A stretch of DNA of 64,000 bases from Pseudomonadota bacterium. GTDB taxonomy: Bacteria > Bdellovibrionota > Bdellovibrionia > Bdellovibrionales > Bdellovibrionaceae. The position numbers and the translations under genes are program-made. Location: contig JBEGVH010000029.1 in the NCBI GenBank assembly GCA_041178425.1, forward strand, positions 32,001-96,000. Direction: 5' to 3'. This document shows positions 38,479 through 47,953 of this stretch, one piece after another; position 1 is the stretch's first letter, and each line of letters opens with the position of its first letter. The notes under the pieces are model-generated. The model was not told the origin of the DNA. It did not search any database and saw only the letters and a program-made list of their open reading frames with translations.

Positions 38479-39177
38479 TTACCAACCAAGAAACACCATT
38501 CCGGCGGCAACCATCGAAATAGCGCCACCCGCGAAAGCATGAGTCCAACGTTCCAACCAACCAAGTTTTACAAAATTTAGTCCTCGGTAGGCCAACCAAA
38601 CAACCCCAACCATCGTTAGTAACGTTGATACAGCGAAAGCGATGACAACGCCCAGAAGAGTCCAGACATCTTTCTGAACGGCGGGATACATCAAAATAGG
38701 AATGAGTGGCTCACAAGGACCAAAAACAAAAATCAAAAAAAGCATCCACGGGGTGACTCTATGTTTATCGACGTGTTCACTTTCATTCGATTCATGGGGG
38801 CCTTCATCATGACTGTGGGAAACGATTTTCCCATCAATAACGTGAGTATGGGTTTGCCCCAAGATTCCTTTTCGCACACCCCAGAGCATGTACAATAAAC
38901 CGAAACTGAGCAAAAGCCATCCAGCCATGGTTCCGCGTTGATCCTCGATGGAAACCAACTCACCCACGGCCCAACCGAATCCAAGACCTAGAAAACCAAG
39001 AATCACCGAGCTCAGAACGTGACCCACACCGCACCCGAGGGTTATTAATAATGTTTTTTGCAGACTCCATCGCCGAGCCTTCGATAGAGCAATAAAGGGC
39101 AAATAATGATCTGGGCCCAAAAGGGTATGCACAAAACCTATACTCAAAGCCAAAAAGAGAAACGGCATTAAATTCAT
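38479..39177 (-). CDS. Ni/Co transporter-like membrane protein (UreH/NicO/DsbD_2-like)
   Basis: HTLLGPDHYLP, GVGHVLSS, His-rich loop HTH..HSH, GPCEP. Confidence 0.8.
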   Translation of the reverse strand: MNLMPFLFLALSIGFVHTLLGPDHYLPFIALSKARRWSLQKTLLITLGCGVGHVLSSVILGFLGLGFGWAVGELVSIEDQRGTMAGWLLLSFGLLYMLWGVRKGILGQTHTHVIDGKIVSHSHDEGPHESNESEHVDKHRVTPWMLFLIFVFGPCEPLIPILMYPAVQKDVWTLLGVVIAFAVSTLLTMVGVVWLAYRGLNFVKLGWLERWTHAFAGGAISMVAAGMVFLGW

Positions 39178-39445
39178 AATTAAAAGTCTCCATTTCTTAA
39201 AGCAACCACTGTCGTTTTCGCAGACGGCGCCAGGAGCCCATATATCAGACTCCAACACGTTCATCCTACGAGAAAAACAGAAAAGAAAAAAACTTGGGCA
39301 ATCCTTGAAGACCATCGAGCTCATTGGTCCCTAGCTCATTCTTTTGTGCCCTTTTTCGACCCCCTCTGAGGCTTTTATTCGACTCCGAGGTTTCTCTTTT
39401 CTTTTTCACTGACACTTTTATGATAACAATGCTAGAGACCTTACC

Positions 39446-40225
39446 ATGGCAAAAGATTCTTCCGATGAACAAAATTCCCAGACTCCATCAGACGCTCTCG
39501 TTCGACTCAGCAAATTAATGAGTGAACGCGGTCTCTGTTCGCGCCGAGAGGCCGATCAGTACATCGAACAGGGGTTAGTCTTTGTTGATGGCCAACGCAT
39601 CAATCAACTGGGCACCAAGGTGTCTCCAAACTGTCGAATTGAACTGGCTGCCAAAGCCCAAGAAAATCAGGATTCACTGGTCACCCTTATCTTAAATAAA
39701 CCCGTCGGGTACGTGTCTGCACAGCCCGAAAAAGACTATCAGCCGGCCATTCAGCTCATTACCGCCGAGAACTTTTTCGAAGGCACCAACAAAAAACTTC
39801 CCCGCCTCGATCGTCGCTTTTTCGAAGGTCTCGCTGTGGCCGGACGCCTCGATATTGATTCTCAGGGAATACTTCTCTTTACTCAGGATGGTCGACTCGC
39901 ACGGAAGATTATTGGTGAGAATAGTGAGATCGAAAAAGAGTATCTTGTCCGCTATAAAGGCGAGCTGTCTCAAGATAAACTCCAGCAACTGCGATTTGGT
40001 CTTAGCTTGGACGGCAAAGCTCTTAAACGGGCCCGCGTCGATCGATTAAACGAAGACCAATTGCGATTTGTTCTCCGCGAAGGAAAAAAACGTCAAATTC
40101 GTCGAATGATGGAGTTGGTGGATCTTCATGTTATCGGTTTAAAAAGAGTGCGAATTGGGCAACTCCGCCTCGGAAAACTCCCCGAGGGCCAATGGCGCAT
40201 CGTTGATCCCAATGAAGAAATTTGA
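39446..40225 (+). CDS. rRNA pseudouridine synthase, RsuA/RluB/E/F family
   Basis: S4 domain [34 protein letters not shown]. Confidence 0.93.
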   Translation: MAKDSSDEQNSQTPSDALVRLSKLMSERGLCSRREADQYIEQGLVFVDGQRINQLGTKVSPNCRIELAAKAQENQDSLVTLILNKPVGYVSAQPEKDYQPAIQLITAENFFEGTNKKLPRLDRRFFEGLAVAGRLDIDSQGILLFTQDGRLARKIIGENSEIEKEYLVRYKGELSQDKLQQLRFGLSLDGKALKRARVDRLNEDQLRFVLREGKKRQIRRMMELVDLHVIGLKRVRIGQLRLGKLPEGQWRIVDPNEEI

Positions 40226-40259
40226 CATTCTCGAGTCGATTCTTTAACCTTGGCTCTAT

Positions 40260-40973
40260 ATGGGAAAAGGTTGGAAAACATCAATTAAAGTAGCAAATGC
40301 AGCAAAAAAAGGGGCCATGTTCACGAAGGTCGTTCGTGAAATCCAGGTCGCAGCGAAACTCGGTAGTCCCGATCCCGCAGCGAACGCCCGTCTTCGAATG
40401 GCCATTGATGCCGCTCGCGACGTGAGCTGCCCTAATGACACTATTGAACGAGCTATCAAAAAAGGAGCAGGTCTTCTCGAAGACACCCAAATTGAAGAAC
40501 TCACCTATGAAGGCTATGGCCCTCATGGCGTCGGTGTTATTGTGGAATGCCAAACCGACAATCGCAATCGAACAGCGCCTGAGATTCGACTTCTGTTTAA
40601 ACAACACGAAGGAAACATGGGTGAATCTGGAAGTGTTCAATGGATGTTTCAAAGAGTGGGTCTTTTAGAGGGTAAAAAAGCTGGAACTTTCGACCCTGAA
40701 GAAGAAGCCATTGAAGCGGGTGCCGACGAAGTCTTCAAAAATGAAGATGGCAGCTTTATGTTTCTCACTCAAGTGGAAGCCATTGAAACTACTCGAGTAG
40801 CCCTCTCTAAAAGAGGATGGACTATCACCAAAGGTGAACCTTCTTTTAAACCAAACCAAGTCACCGAATTAACAGACGAACAAATGAAAGAGGTCGGCGA
40901 ATTTCTCAGCGAACTGGAAGATCATGATGACACTCATCGTGTTCACGCCACTTTAGCTTTCGGTAACGCATAG
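40260..40973 (+). CDS. yebC: YebC/PmpR family protein
   Basis: DP.AN.RLR, YEGYGPHGV, TDNRNRT, GSV.W.F. Confidence 0.93.
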   Translation: MGKGWKTSIKVANAAKKGAMFTKVVREIQVAAKLGSPDPAANARLRMAIDAARDVSCPNDTIERAIKKGAGLLEDTQIEELTYEGYGPHGVGVIVECQTDNRNRTAPEIRLLFKQHEGNMGESGSVQWMFQRVGLLEGKKAGTFDPEEEAIEAGADEVFKNEDGSFMFLTQVEAIETTRVALSKRGWTITKGEPSFKPNQVTELTDEQMKEVGEFLSELEDHDDTHRVHATLAFGNA

Positions 40974-40995
40974 GGTCTATTAAAGTCAGTCTCTC

Positions 40996-41024
40996 AAAGG
41001 GGTCGATAAAATCGACCCCTTTTT
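40996..41024 (+). terminator. intrinsic terminator
   Basis: aaaggggtcgat-aaa-atcgacccctttt followed by a T tract. Confidence 0.85.
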
Positions 41025-41100
41025 ATTTTGGTGAGTTTAATCTACAGGCTCCTCAAAAACTTGTTGTCAGCCCTGGCCTAAATCCCCCATTGTTCGAGCC

Positions 41101-41691
41101 ATGAATGCACGATGGCTTGGCTTTATATTGGTTCTTTTATTGATCGCTCAAATTGGTACGGCAAAAACGATGGGTTTTTGTCAGAACTTAAATAGCCTTC
41201 AAGGAAATCAGTTTAAAAACGAATCTTCCAATGAGTCGCCGTTTACTTTACCGGTGACTGGCCTCTTGATTCGTAAAGATATACGCCGCCTTTATCTGCT
41301 TCACTTAAACAAAATCCTGAAAAGCTACCCCGTAGCTCTCGGCGTTCGGCCACGCGGACATAAACAAAAACAAGGTGATCTAAAAACTCCCGAGGGCGTT
41401 TACTTTATTAATCAAAAAAAACAGGACTCTAGTTACCACCTATCTCTAAAAATCAGTTATCCAAACGCGCAAGATATCGTCGAAGCCAACATGAAGGGCG
41501 TTCATCCAGGAGGCGATATTTTTATTCATGGCCTGCCAAACGAAGCCGGACTCAAAAAGAAGCTTTTGAGTGGTATCCATCCGGTGATCGACTGGACACT
41601 CGGCTGTGTTGCTGTTACGGATGAGGAAATTGAAGAAATCTACAGTCAGGTTCAGCTCGGCACACCCATTGAAATCTGCCCTCTACAATGA
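41101..41691 (+). CDS. L,D-transpeptidase (YkuD) family protein
   Basis: GD.KTPEG.Y, ISYPN, IFIHG.P, DWTLGCVAV; signal peptide. Confidence 0.92.
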   Translation: MNARWLGFILVLLLIAQIGTAKTMGFCQNLNSLQGNQFKNESSNESPFTLPVTGLLIRKDIRRLYLLHLNKILKSYPVALGVRPRGHKQKQGDLKTPEGVYFINQKKQDSSYHLSLKISYPNAQDIVEANMKGVHPGGDIFIHGLPNEAGLKKKLLSGIHPVIDWTLGCVAVTDEEIEEIYSQVQLGTPIEICPLQ

Positions 41692-41765
41692 CGCTTTGAC
41701 CTATTTTATTTTCGATACTCATAACTAGGTTTTAGTTATTATAAGGACCATAACAGGGAGCCGTT

Positions 41766-43079
41766 GTGAGTCTGAAGAAATCGGTATTTTCACGTTCTGT
41801 TGAGTTAGCCAAAATGACAGTAAAACTAGGCTTAAAAGAGATTCAATCAGGCCAACTGCAATCGCGCATCGATCAGGCCAAAATTCTCGCCCAGAGCCTC
41901 TCCCAACTCAAGGGGGCTGCCATGAAGGCTGGCCAACTCATGAGCCTCGAGTTGGCCGATTATTTTCCACCCGAAGCGGTAGAAATACTCTCTCAACTCC
42001 AAAACAATGCGAGCGCGCTCCCTTTCGATGATGTTTTACGAACCTTGATTATTGAATTAGGTCCACAAACCGTTGAAAAGTTTCAATCCATACAGAGAGT
42101 TCCCAAAGCCTCTGCCAGTATCGCACAAATTCACGAGGCCTACTGGGAAAACCAAAAACTAGCACTTAAAATTCAACACCCTGGAGTCGCAGAATCTATC
42201 GATTCTGACCTCTCCGTTCTTGAAGGCTTTGCCAATACCGTTTGTCTCCTCACTCAACGCCAAATGGACCTCAAGCCCCTGTTCTCAGAGCTCAGAGAGG
42301 TTCTTAAACAAGAAGTCGACTTTGAAAAAGAAGCTAAACTTCTTTTATTGTATCGCGAAAAACTCATGACTCTCAAAAAAGATAACGAGTTTTACTTCGC
42401 GCCTAATATTCTTCCTTCCCTCTGCACAAAAAAAGTTTTAACGATGACTTGGGAAGAAGGAGACACTCTCACCCAGTGGCTGAAGTCAAAACCCACAGTC
42501 CATCAAAAAGAACAACTCGCTCACTTGATCCTCAACCTTTATTGCCATGAGTTCTACGACTGGGGGCTCGTTCAAACAGACCCTAATTTTTCAAACTTTC
42601 TTGTACGACCGCTACAAGAAGACATCGGCCTCGTTCTTCTCGACTTCGGTTCCACTCGCCACTATGAACGCTCAATGATCCATCAGTACGTCGACCTCGT
42701 TAGAACTGTGCAAGAGGGAAAACCGCGCAAAATTTTACAAAGCGCCTTCGACTTTGGACTCTTGGACACTCGCGAGCCAGAAGAAACTCAACAACTCTTT
42801 GTCGCCATGATGAATCTTGCTCTCGAGCCATTTACTCTCAGCAACTTCATGAACAAACATCAATCAGAGACTTTTGACTTTGCGAATAGTGATTATGCCC
42901 AACGGTCTCAGGCTCTCGTCTCGGCTTTTGTTAAAAATTTAAAATACACTCCACCTCCTCATCGAATTATTTTTCTGCACCGTAAATTAGGTGGAATTTT
43001 TGCTCTGCTACGCCGCTTAGAAGTCAAATTAAACCTCACCCCCTACTGGGAAATGATGCTCGAGAAAAAAGGAGTATAA
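41766..43079 (+). CDS. AarF/ABC1/UbiB (COQ8-like) atypical kinase
   Basis: LKGAAMKAGQ (KxGQ), ASIAQIH, KIQHPG, QTDPNFSNF, LLDFG. Confidence 0.93.
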   Translation: MSLKKSVFSRSVELAKMTVKLGLKEIQSGQLQSRIDQAKILAQSLSQLKGAAMKAGQLMSLELADYFPPEAVEILSQLQNNASALPFDDVLRTLIIELGPQTVEKFQSIQRVPKASASIAQIHEAYWENQKLALKIQHPGVAESIDSDLSVLEGFANTVCLLTQRQMDLKPLFSELREVLKQEVDFEKEAKLLLLYREKLMTLKKDNEFYFAPNILPSLCTKKVLTMTWEEGDTLTQWLKSKPTVHQKEQLAHLILNLYCHEFYDWGLVQTDPNFSNFLVRPLQEDIGLVLLDFGSTRHYERSMIHQYVDLVRTVQEGKPRKILQSAFDFGLLDTREPEETQQLFVAMMNLALEPFTLSNFMNKHQSETFDFANSDYAQRSQALVSAFVKNLKYTPPPHRIIFLHRKLGGIFALLRRLEVKLNLTPYWEMMLEKKGV

Positions 43080-43080
43080 A

Positions 43081-44457
43081 ATGAAAATACTTTTAACTGG
43101 AGCCACAGGCCTCGTTGGAAAAGCCCTTGGAATTGCTCTTGCAAAAAAGGGCCACGAGATTATTGTTGTAAGTCGACGCCCTCTCGAAGCAAAAAAGCAA
43201 TGCCCCTTTCCGTGCGAAGTCATAGAGTCTGACCTCTCCAAAGGCCCTATCGAGAGCTCCTCACTCTCTGCAGTGGACGGAGTGATTAACCTCATGGGAG
43301 AGCCTATTGCGAAAGGCTTTTGGACCGAGACCAAAAAACAAAAACTACGAGATTCAAGAGTTCTGGCCACTCAGAATTTGGTGAATAGTTTTAATAAAAG
43401 AAAGCCTTCTGTGTTCATCTCCGCTTCCGCCATTGGGATCTATGGTGATCGAGGCGATGAGCTTTTGCCCGAGACAGCCTCACCCCAATCCGATTTTCTA
43501 GCTCAGCTTTGTCAAGATTGGGAAGCCGAAGCCCTCAAGATGGCGTCAGCATCAACCCGCGTTTGCATTCCACGGATCGGTTTAGTTCTCTCATCCCAAG
43601 GGGGCATCCTCTCCGAACTCACTCCCCTTTTTCGTGCGGGTCTCGGTGGAAAACTCTCTAATGGACAGCAATGGATGAGCTGGATTCATATCGATGATCT
43701 CGTGCAATCAATTCTTTGTGCTCTTGATACACCCGACTACAACGGCCCCTACAATGCGGTGGCACCAAACCCAGTGAGCAACAAGGATTTTACAAACCTT
43801 TTAGCCACCCATTTGCATCGCCCTGCTTTCGCACCAGCGCCAAAGTTTGCGTTGAAGGTATTTCTACAGGAAAAATCTGCGATCCTTCTGGCATCGCAAC
43901 GGGTGCAATGCTTGAACCTCGATCGTTGGGGATTTAGGTTTAAATACTCTCACCTCGAAGAGGCCCTCAATGCGGAGCTACAAAATGAAAAAGAGGGCGA
44001 AGATATTTTCTTGAGTCAGCAGTACATTCCTTTACCCCCGGAACAGATTTTTCCTTTTTTTGCTGAAGCTCAAAATCTCGAGAAAATAACTCCAAAAACT
44101 CTCAACTTCAAGATACTCTCGGTGAGCACGCCTTCGGTGCAATCAGGAACACTGATAGACTACACACTTCGCATTCGTGGCGTGCCTGTGCACTGGAAAA
44201 CAGAAATTGAGAACTGGAATCCTCCCCACGTATTTGTCGACAATCAACTCAAAGGTCCATACAAACTTTGGCATCACACCCATGCTTTTGAAAAACTCGG
44301 GAACGGAACATTGATGACAGATCGAGTGCGATTCAAGGTGCCACTCGGATTTTTAGGATGGGCCGTTGGTAACGCCTTCGTGCGCAGCGAGGTCGAGGGA
44401 ATTTTTTCTTATCGCCGAGAAGTCATTTATACTCAATTCGTAGCGCCTCATCAGTAG
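43081..44457 (+). CDS. TIGR01777 family NAD-dependent epimerase fused to a C-terminal SRPBCC domain
   Basis: TGATGLVG, SASAIGIYG, QWMSWIHIDD; then NL..ITP, F.D.Q.KGPY..W.H.H.F. Confidence 0.9.
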   Translation: MKILLTGATGLVGKALGIALAKKGHEIIVVSRRPLEAKKQCPFPCEVIESDLSKGPIESSSLSAVDGVINLMGEPIAKGFWTETKKQKLRDSRVLATQNLVNSFNKRKPSVFISASAIGIYGDRGDELLPETASPQSDFLAQLCQDWEAEALKMASASTRVCIPRIGLVLSSQGGILSELTPLFRAGLGGKLSNGQQWMSWIHIDDLVQSILCALDTPDYNGPYNAVAPNPVSNKDFTNLLATHLHRPAFAPAPKFALKVFLQEKSAILLASQRVQCLNLDRWGFRFKYSHLEEALNAELQNEKEGEDIFLSQQYIPLPPEQIFPFFAEAQNLEKITPKTLNFKILSVSTPSVQSGTLIDYTLRIRGVPVHWKTEIENWNPPHVFVDNQLKGPYKLWHHTHAFEKLGNGTLMTDRVRFKVPLGFLGWAVGNAFVRSEVEGIFSYRREVIYTQFVAPHQ

Positions 44458-45944
44458 GTAAGGCGCTCCCGAACTTTTTTGGCTGCCGCCGATAAAACTT
44501 TTTTTCGCTCTACCGACATTTTCTCGTAGGTTTTCGACATCATCGAGAGTCGCGGATTACCCGAAAAAAAGTTTGGGTGTTCGGCGATGAAGCTCCAGTA
44601 AAGGCCATCGACCTCCTCTTGCCAATCCCCAGTTTTGTAGGAACCCATTTTTTTGTAATAGTTCGAACCGCAGATGTAGGGCTTGGTCGCAAAGATTCCT
44701 CCGTCGCTGAAAAGCGCCATTCCAAAAACATTAGGCCCCATCACCCAGTCGGAAGAATCGATAAACATTTCCATAAACCAACGATGGGCCTCCTGAGGAT
44801 GAACCCCCATCAGAAGCATCAGATTACCAACAATCATTAAGCGCTCAATGTGATGACAGTAGCCATAGCGAAGCACTTTTTTTATAACGTCGTCTAGTGG
44901 TTCGATCCCTGTCGTGCCATCATACCAATGCTGAGTGAGTTTTGCTTTGTGATTCCAGAAATTTTGAGATTCCTGAAGGTCACTGAAATTCTGGTAAATG
45001 CCACGAATAAACTCTCTCCATCCGATCATCTGACGAACAAATCCCTCGCAGGAGTTGAGCGGAATGTCTTTCTTTTTTGAGAATTGCAAAGCTTTTGCGA
45101 CCACCTCTTGCGGTGTTAATAAACCCACATTGAGAAAGGGCGTTAAAAGGGAGTGATAGACAAAAGGGTTTTCTTTTGAAAGAGCATCTTCGTAAGGCCC
45201 AAAATCTTGAAAGCGTTTTTCAAAAAAATCCACACACCAATGACGTGCACCTTTTCGATCGGTGGGTAACCAAAAATTATCGGCTTCCCCTGGATGCTCG
45301 GGAAACATTTTTTCTACAACTGAGACTACCTCTTTTTGTAAGGCATTCATCGAAAATGGCGGCAGATCAGGAGCACGATGCCCCTTGGGCAAAGGTTTTC
45401 TATTGTCTTCGTCAAAGCTCCACTGCCCACCGATCGGCTTGAGATCTTCATCGACCAGAATTTTCAGACGCTTTCGCTGTGATTCGTAAAATGTTTTCAT
45501 GAAAGGCTTTTTTGTGGTCTTCAAATAGGCCGCAAACTGTTCGCGAGAGGTTAAAAACATCGGAGATTGCCATACGTCTAAGGCAACACTCTGAGATTGG
45601 ACCAAGGCGTTCATTCTCGTTTCGAAAAATTTATCCTCAATTTCGAACCAATGAATCTTTTTTGTTTTTTTCTTCTGTAAAAAACGAGCAAAGGCCTCAT
45701 CAAAGGTGGTCGCACCATCAGTCAGCTTTTCGTAATGAACACTAAATCCGTTCTGTTTGAGCTCTTCTGCATACTCTCTCATCGCCGATAGAAAAAAAAC
45801 CAACTTGTGTTTGTGATAAGCATAATGCTGACAAAGCTCGCGATCTTCTCTCATGAAGACATTCACATTACTAACATCACCTAAGCGTTTTTTGAGAATT
45901 TCTGGATGAAAGAGTTGATTTCCGAGAATCAGAACCACAGTCAA
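44451..45944 (-). CDS. bacterial (6-4) photolyase / cryptochrome-photolyase (PhrB-type)
   Basis: LILGNQLF, HKHK, W.FD.DNRK, FGPYEDA, HS.L, GWREF, HHIERLM, TKPY...SNY..KM. Confidence 0.93.
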   Translation of the reverse strand: MTVVLILGNQLFHPEILKKRLGDVSNVNVFMREDRELCQHYAYHKHKLVFFLSAMREYAEELKQNGFSVHYEKLTDGATTFDEAFARFLQKKKTKKIHWFEIEDKFFETRMNALVQSQSVALDVWQSPMFLTSREQFAAYLKTTKKPFMKTFYESQRKRLKILVDEDLKPIGGQWSFDEDNRKPLPKGHRAPDLPPFSMNALQKEVVSVVEKMFPEHPGEADNFWLPTDRKGARHWCVDFFEKRFQDFGPYEDALSKENPFVYHSLLTPFLNVGLLTPQEVVAKALQFSKKKDIPLNSCEGFVRQMIGWREFIRGIYQNFSDLQESQNFWNHKAKLTQHWYDGTTGIEPLDDVIKKVLRYGYCHHIERLMIVGNLMLLMGVHPQEAHRWFMEMFIDSSDWVMGPNVFGMALFSDGGIFATKPYICGSNYYKKMGSYKTGDWQEEVDGLYWSFIAEHPNFFSGNPRLSMMSKTYEKMSVERKKVLSAAAKKVRERLTY

Positions 45945-46103
45945 AACAAACCTCCTTGGTGTTCATTAAAACAATCACGTAATAGCGTCTCATCCTGAGA
46001 AAATCAAAAAGGTATCTCAGGGTGATCCGGGCAAATACTTTTTTCTGCGAAAGAAGTTAAAAAAAACTATACTGAAGTTCGACAAAAATGGGAGATATTT
46101 TTA

Positions 46104-46310
46104 ATGGAGCAAAAACAATCAACAGCAAGGGCCTTTACCACCGCCACTTTTCTCTCTTTTCTTATTCTTTTTTTTCAAAATTGCTCACCCTCCCATAACT
46201 CAGGAAAACTAAGCCTAAAAGGCCTCGAAGAGAACAAAGTAAAAGTTAGCGCCCGCGAGGCGGCCTCCCAAGAGGGCCCCTTCGGTATCGAGCCATCCTT
46301 TTCAAAATAA
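46104..46310 (+). CDS. small lipoprotein with FQNC lipobox
   Basis: Hydrophobic stretch, then FFQN-C-S; GGGAG RBS. Confidence 0.7.
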   Translation: MEQKQSTARAFTTATFLSFLILFFQNCSPSHNSGKLSLKGLEENKVKVSAREAASQEGPFGIEPSFSK

Positions 46311-46348
46311 GGGTCATCGCCAGGTCCACGATTGAAAATTAAATTTAT

Positions 46349-47953
46349 TTACTTCCACTCGATATAAACAAATCCAGGGGCTCCGTTACCGCTTTCAGCG
46401 TAGTAGCCGTGCACGTGATCCACACCGCCACCACCAGCGCATAATCCAACGCCGTCACCTCCGGGCCCTCCGGTGCCTGGCGTGCCTCCCGTGCCCCATC
46501 TCTTTTTGGGCGTCATCACAGTTGTGGTGTTGACTAATTTTGTACAAGGCGAACCCTCTGCATTGCCACCAGCAACCCAACCCCCATCGCCCCCTTGCGC
46601 TCTTAAAGAACCTCCGGGATAATTGACTGTGGTTGCTTGACCTCTGTTGCCAGGTAGCTTTGACGAGACCGCAACGGGAGCGCCACCCGTACCGATGGTA
46701 AAACTAATAACACCTTTCGCGGCCGGTGAGCTGAGAGTTGCTGTCAGCACATTTCCGGCACCACCACCAAAAGGATCACCGGGATAACCATTCCCAGACC
46801 CTCCCGACCCACCACCGCCAGCGGCAATAATCTTGAGTGTTTTTACGTTGGCAGGAATAGTAAACGACATATTACTGGGGCCCATCGAGGCTCCGCTCGC
46901 ATTAACACCAGAGGCACTAAGCATCTGATAACCATTTTTGCCCCACCCCACCAAGATATAGCCTCGATTTGGGCTTACACATACGCCATCAACGATTGTG
47001 TTGGGAGCTAAACAGGGCGTACAAACTTGATCAACGAGCGTATTGGGTGCCAGGCAGACGCAACTGCCGTTCTGCACAATATTAGGCGAAGGACACAGCT
47101 GACAAGTTCCATTGAGTAAAATTTGCGGTGGCAGGCATTGTATCTGGCAAACGCCATTCACAAGAACCCGAGGTGGATTACATCCCACCGATCCTGCTCC
47201 GTTGGGCCACCAGGGAGCGATGTAGGGATTCACCCGAGGAGAACAACTGTAAGTGTATTTGGTACCGCCCTGCCAGTAAAAAGTTGTCAGCATCTGTTGA
47301 TCACTACCGCAATTTATATTGCCAACCGGCAAGTCGGCACAGGTTGGGCTCATTGTTACTGGATCAATACTTTCTATATATTGATTAGGTGCGCACGTCG
47401 GATTGACACCACGGCAAATAGGCACCCCGGTTTGAGCATCTAGACCCATCAAAATCGGAGAATAGGTTGAGACAGCCGTGCAATCGGGATTTTGATTCAT
47501 AGAATCGGCATTCACCTGCTCCGACACTTTAATATTTTCAAGGGTAAATGTGGCATTCATGAGTTTGATGTCGGCAGAAAAAACTCCCCCGTTTGCGGCC
47601 TCAAATTTCATATTCGAAACGACGATTCCGCAATTAGGTCTATTATCACATGCTCCAGGCGTTTGAATAATCGGCCCCTGAAAGGTATTCACCACCTGAG
47701 AGTTTAAGGTGCAACCAAAACCCGCATTCTTCGTACATGTGTAAGTGAGGGGATGATGAGCCACCTCTCTTAACTTTTGTTCAACCGCCGCCATGATGGC
47801 TTTTGTGCGCGCTCTGACATTTTGATCAGTTGTCGTTTGCACCATTTGAGGAATAACCATAATTAAAAGAGCAATCACCGCGACAGCTATCATTGCTACA
47901 ATCAGCGCATCGCCTCTGCTGTTCAGTTTTTTGATTCGCATAAACGTCCTCAA
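46349..47953 (-). CDS. pilin-like protein with Cys-rich repeats and C-terminal glycine-rich fibre-type domain
   Basis: KKLNSRG|DALIVAMIAVAVIALL class III-like leader; five CxxPxxxx[ND]xxC repeats; FTIPA...AGGGGSGG...GAPGFVYIEW. Confidence 0.75.
   Translation of the reverse strand: MRTFMRIKKLNSRGDALIVAMIAVAVIALLIMVIPQMVQTTTDQNVRARTKAIMAAVEQKLREVAHHPLTYTCTKNAGFGCTLNSQVVNTFQGPIIQTPGACDNRPNCGIVVSNMKFEAANGGVFSADIKLMNATFTLENIKVSEQVNADSMNQNPDCTAVSTYSPILMGLDAQTGVPICRGVNPTCAPNQYIESIDPVTMSPTCADLPVGNINCGSDQQMLTTFYWQGGTKYTYSCSPRVNPYIAPWWPNGAGSVGCNPPRVLVNGVCQIQCLPPQILLNGTCQLCPSPNIVQNGSCVCLAPNTLVDQVCTPCLAPNTIVDGVCVSPNRGYILVGWGKNGYQMLSASGVNASGASMGPSNMSFTIPANVKTLKIIAAGGGGSGGSGNGYPGDPFGGGAGNVLTATLSSPAAKGVISFTIGTGGAPVAVSSKLPGNRGQATTVNYPGGSLRAQGGDGGWVAGGNAEGSPCTKLVNTTTVMTPKKRWGTGGTPGTGGPGGDGVGLCAGGGGVDHVHGYYAESGNGAPGFVYIEWK

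Noticed and set aside
39190..39270. NiCo riboswitch upstream of the Ni/Co-type transporter
   Set aside because: Hairpins are possible, but the conserved four-way-junction nucleotides (CUGAGCAGG...GCCGGG...CAACAG) are absent.
46058..46085. Sigma-28 promoter upstream of the FQNC lipoprotein
   Set aside because: TAAA-N16-TTCGACAA departs from consensus in both spacing and -10 sequence; too weak to call.
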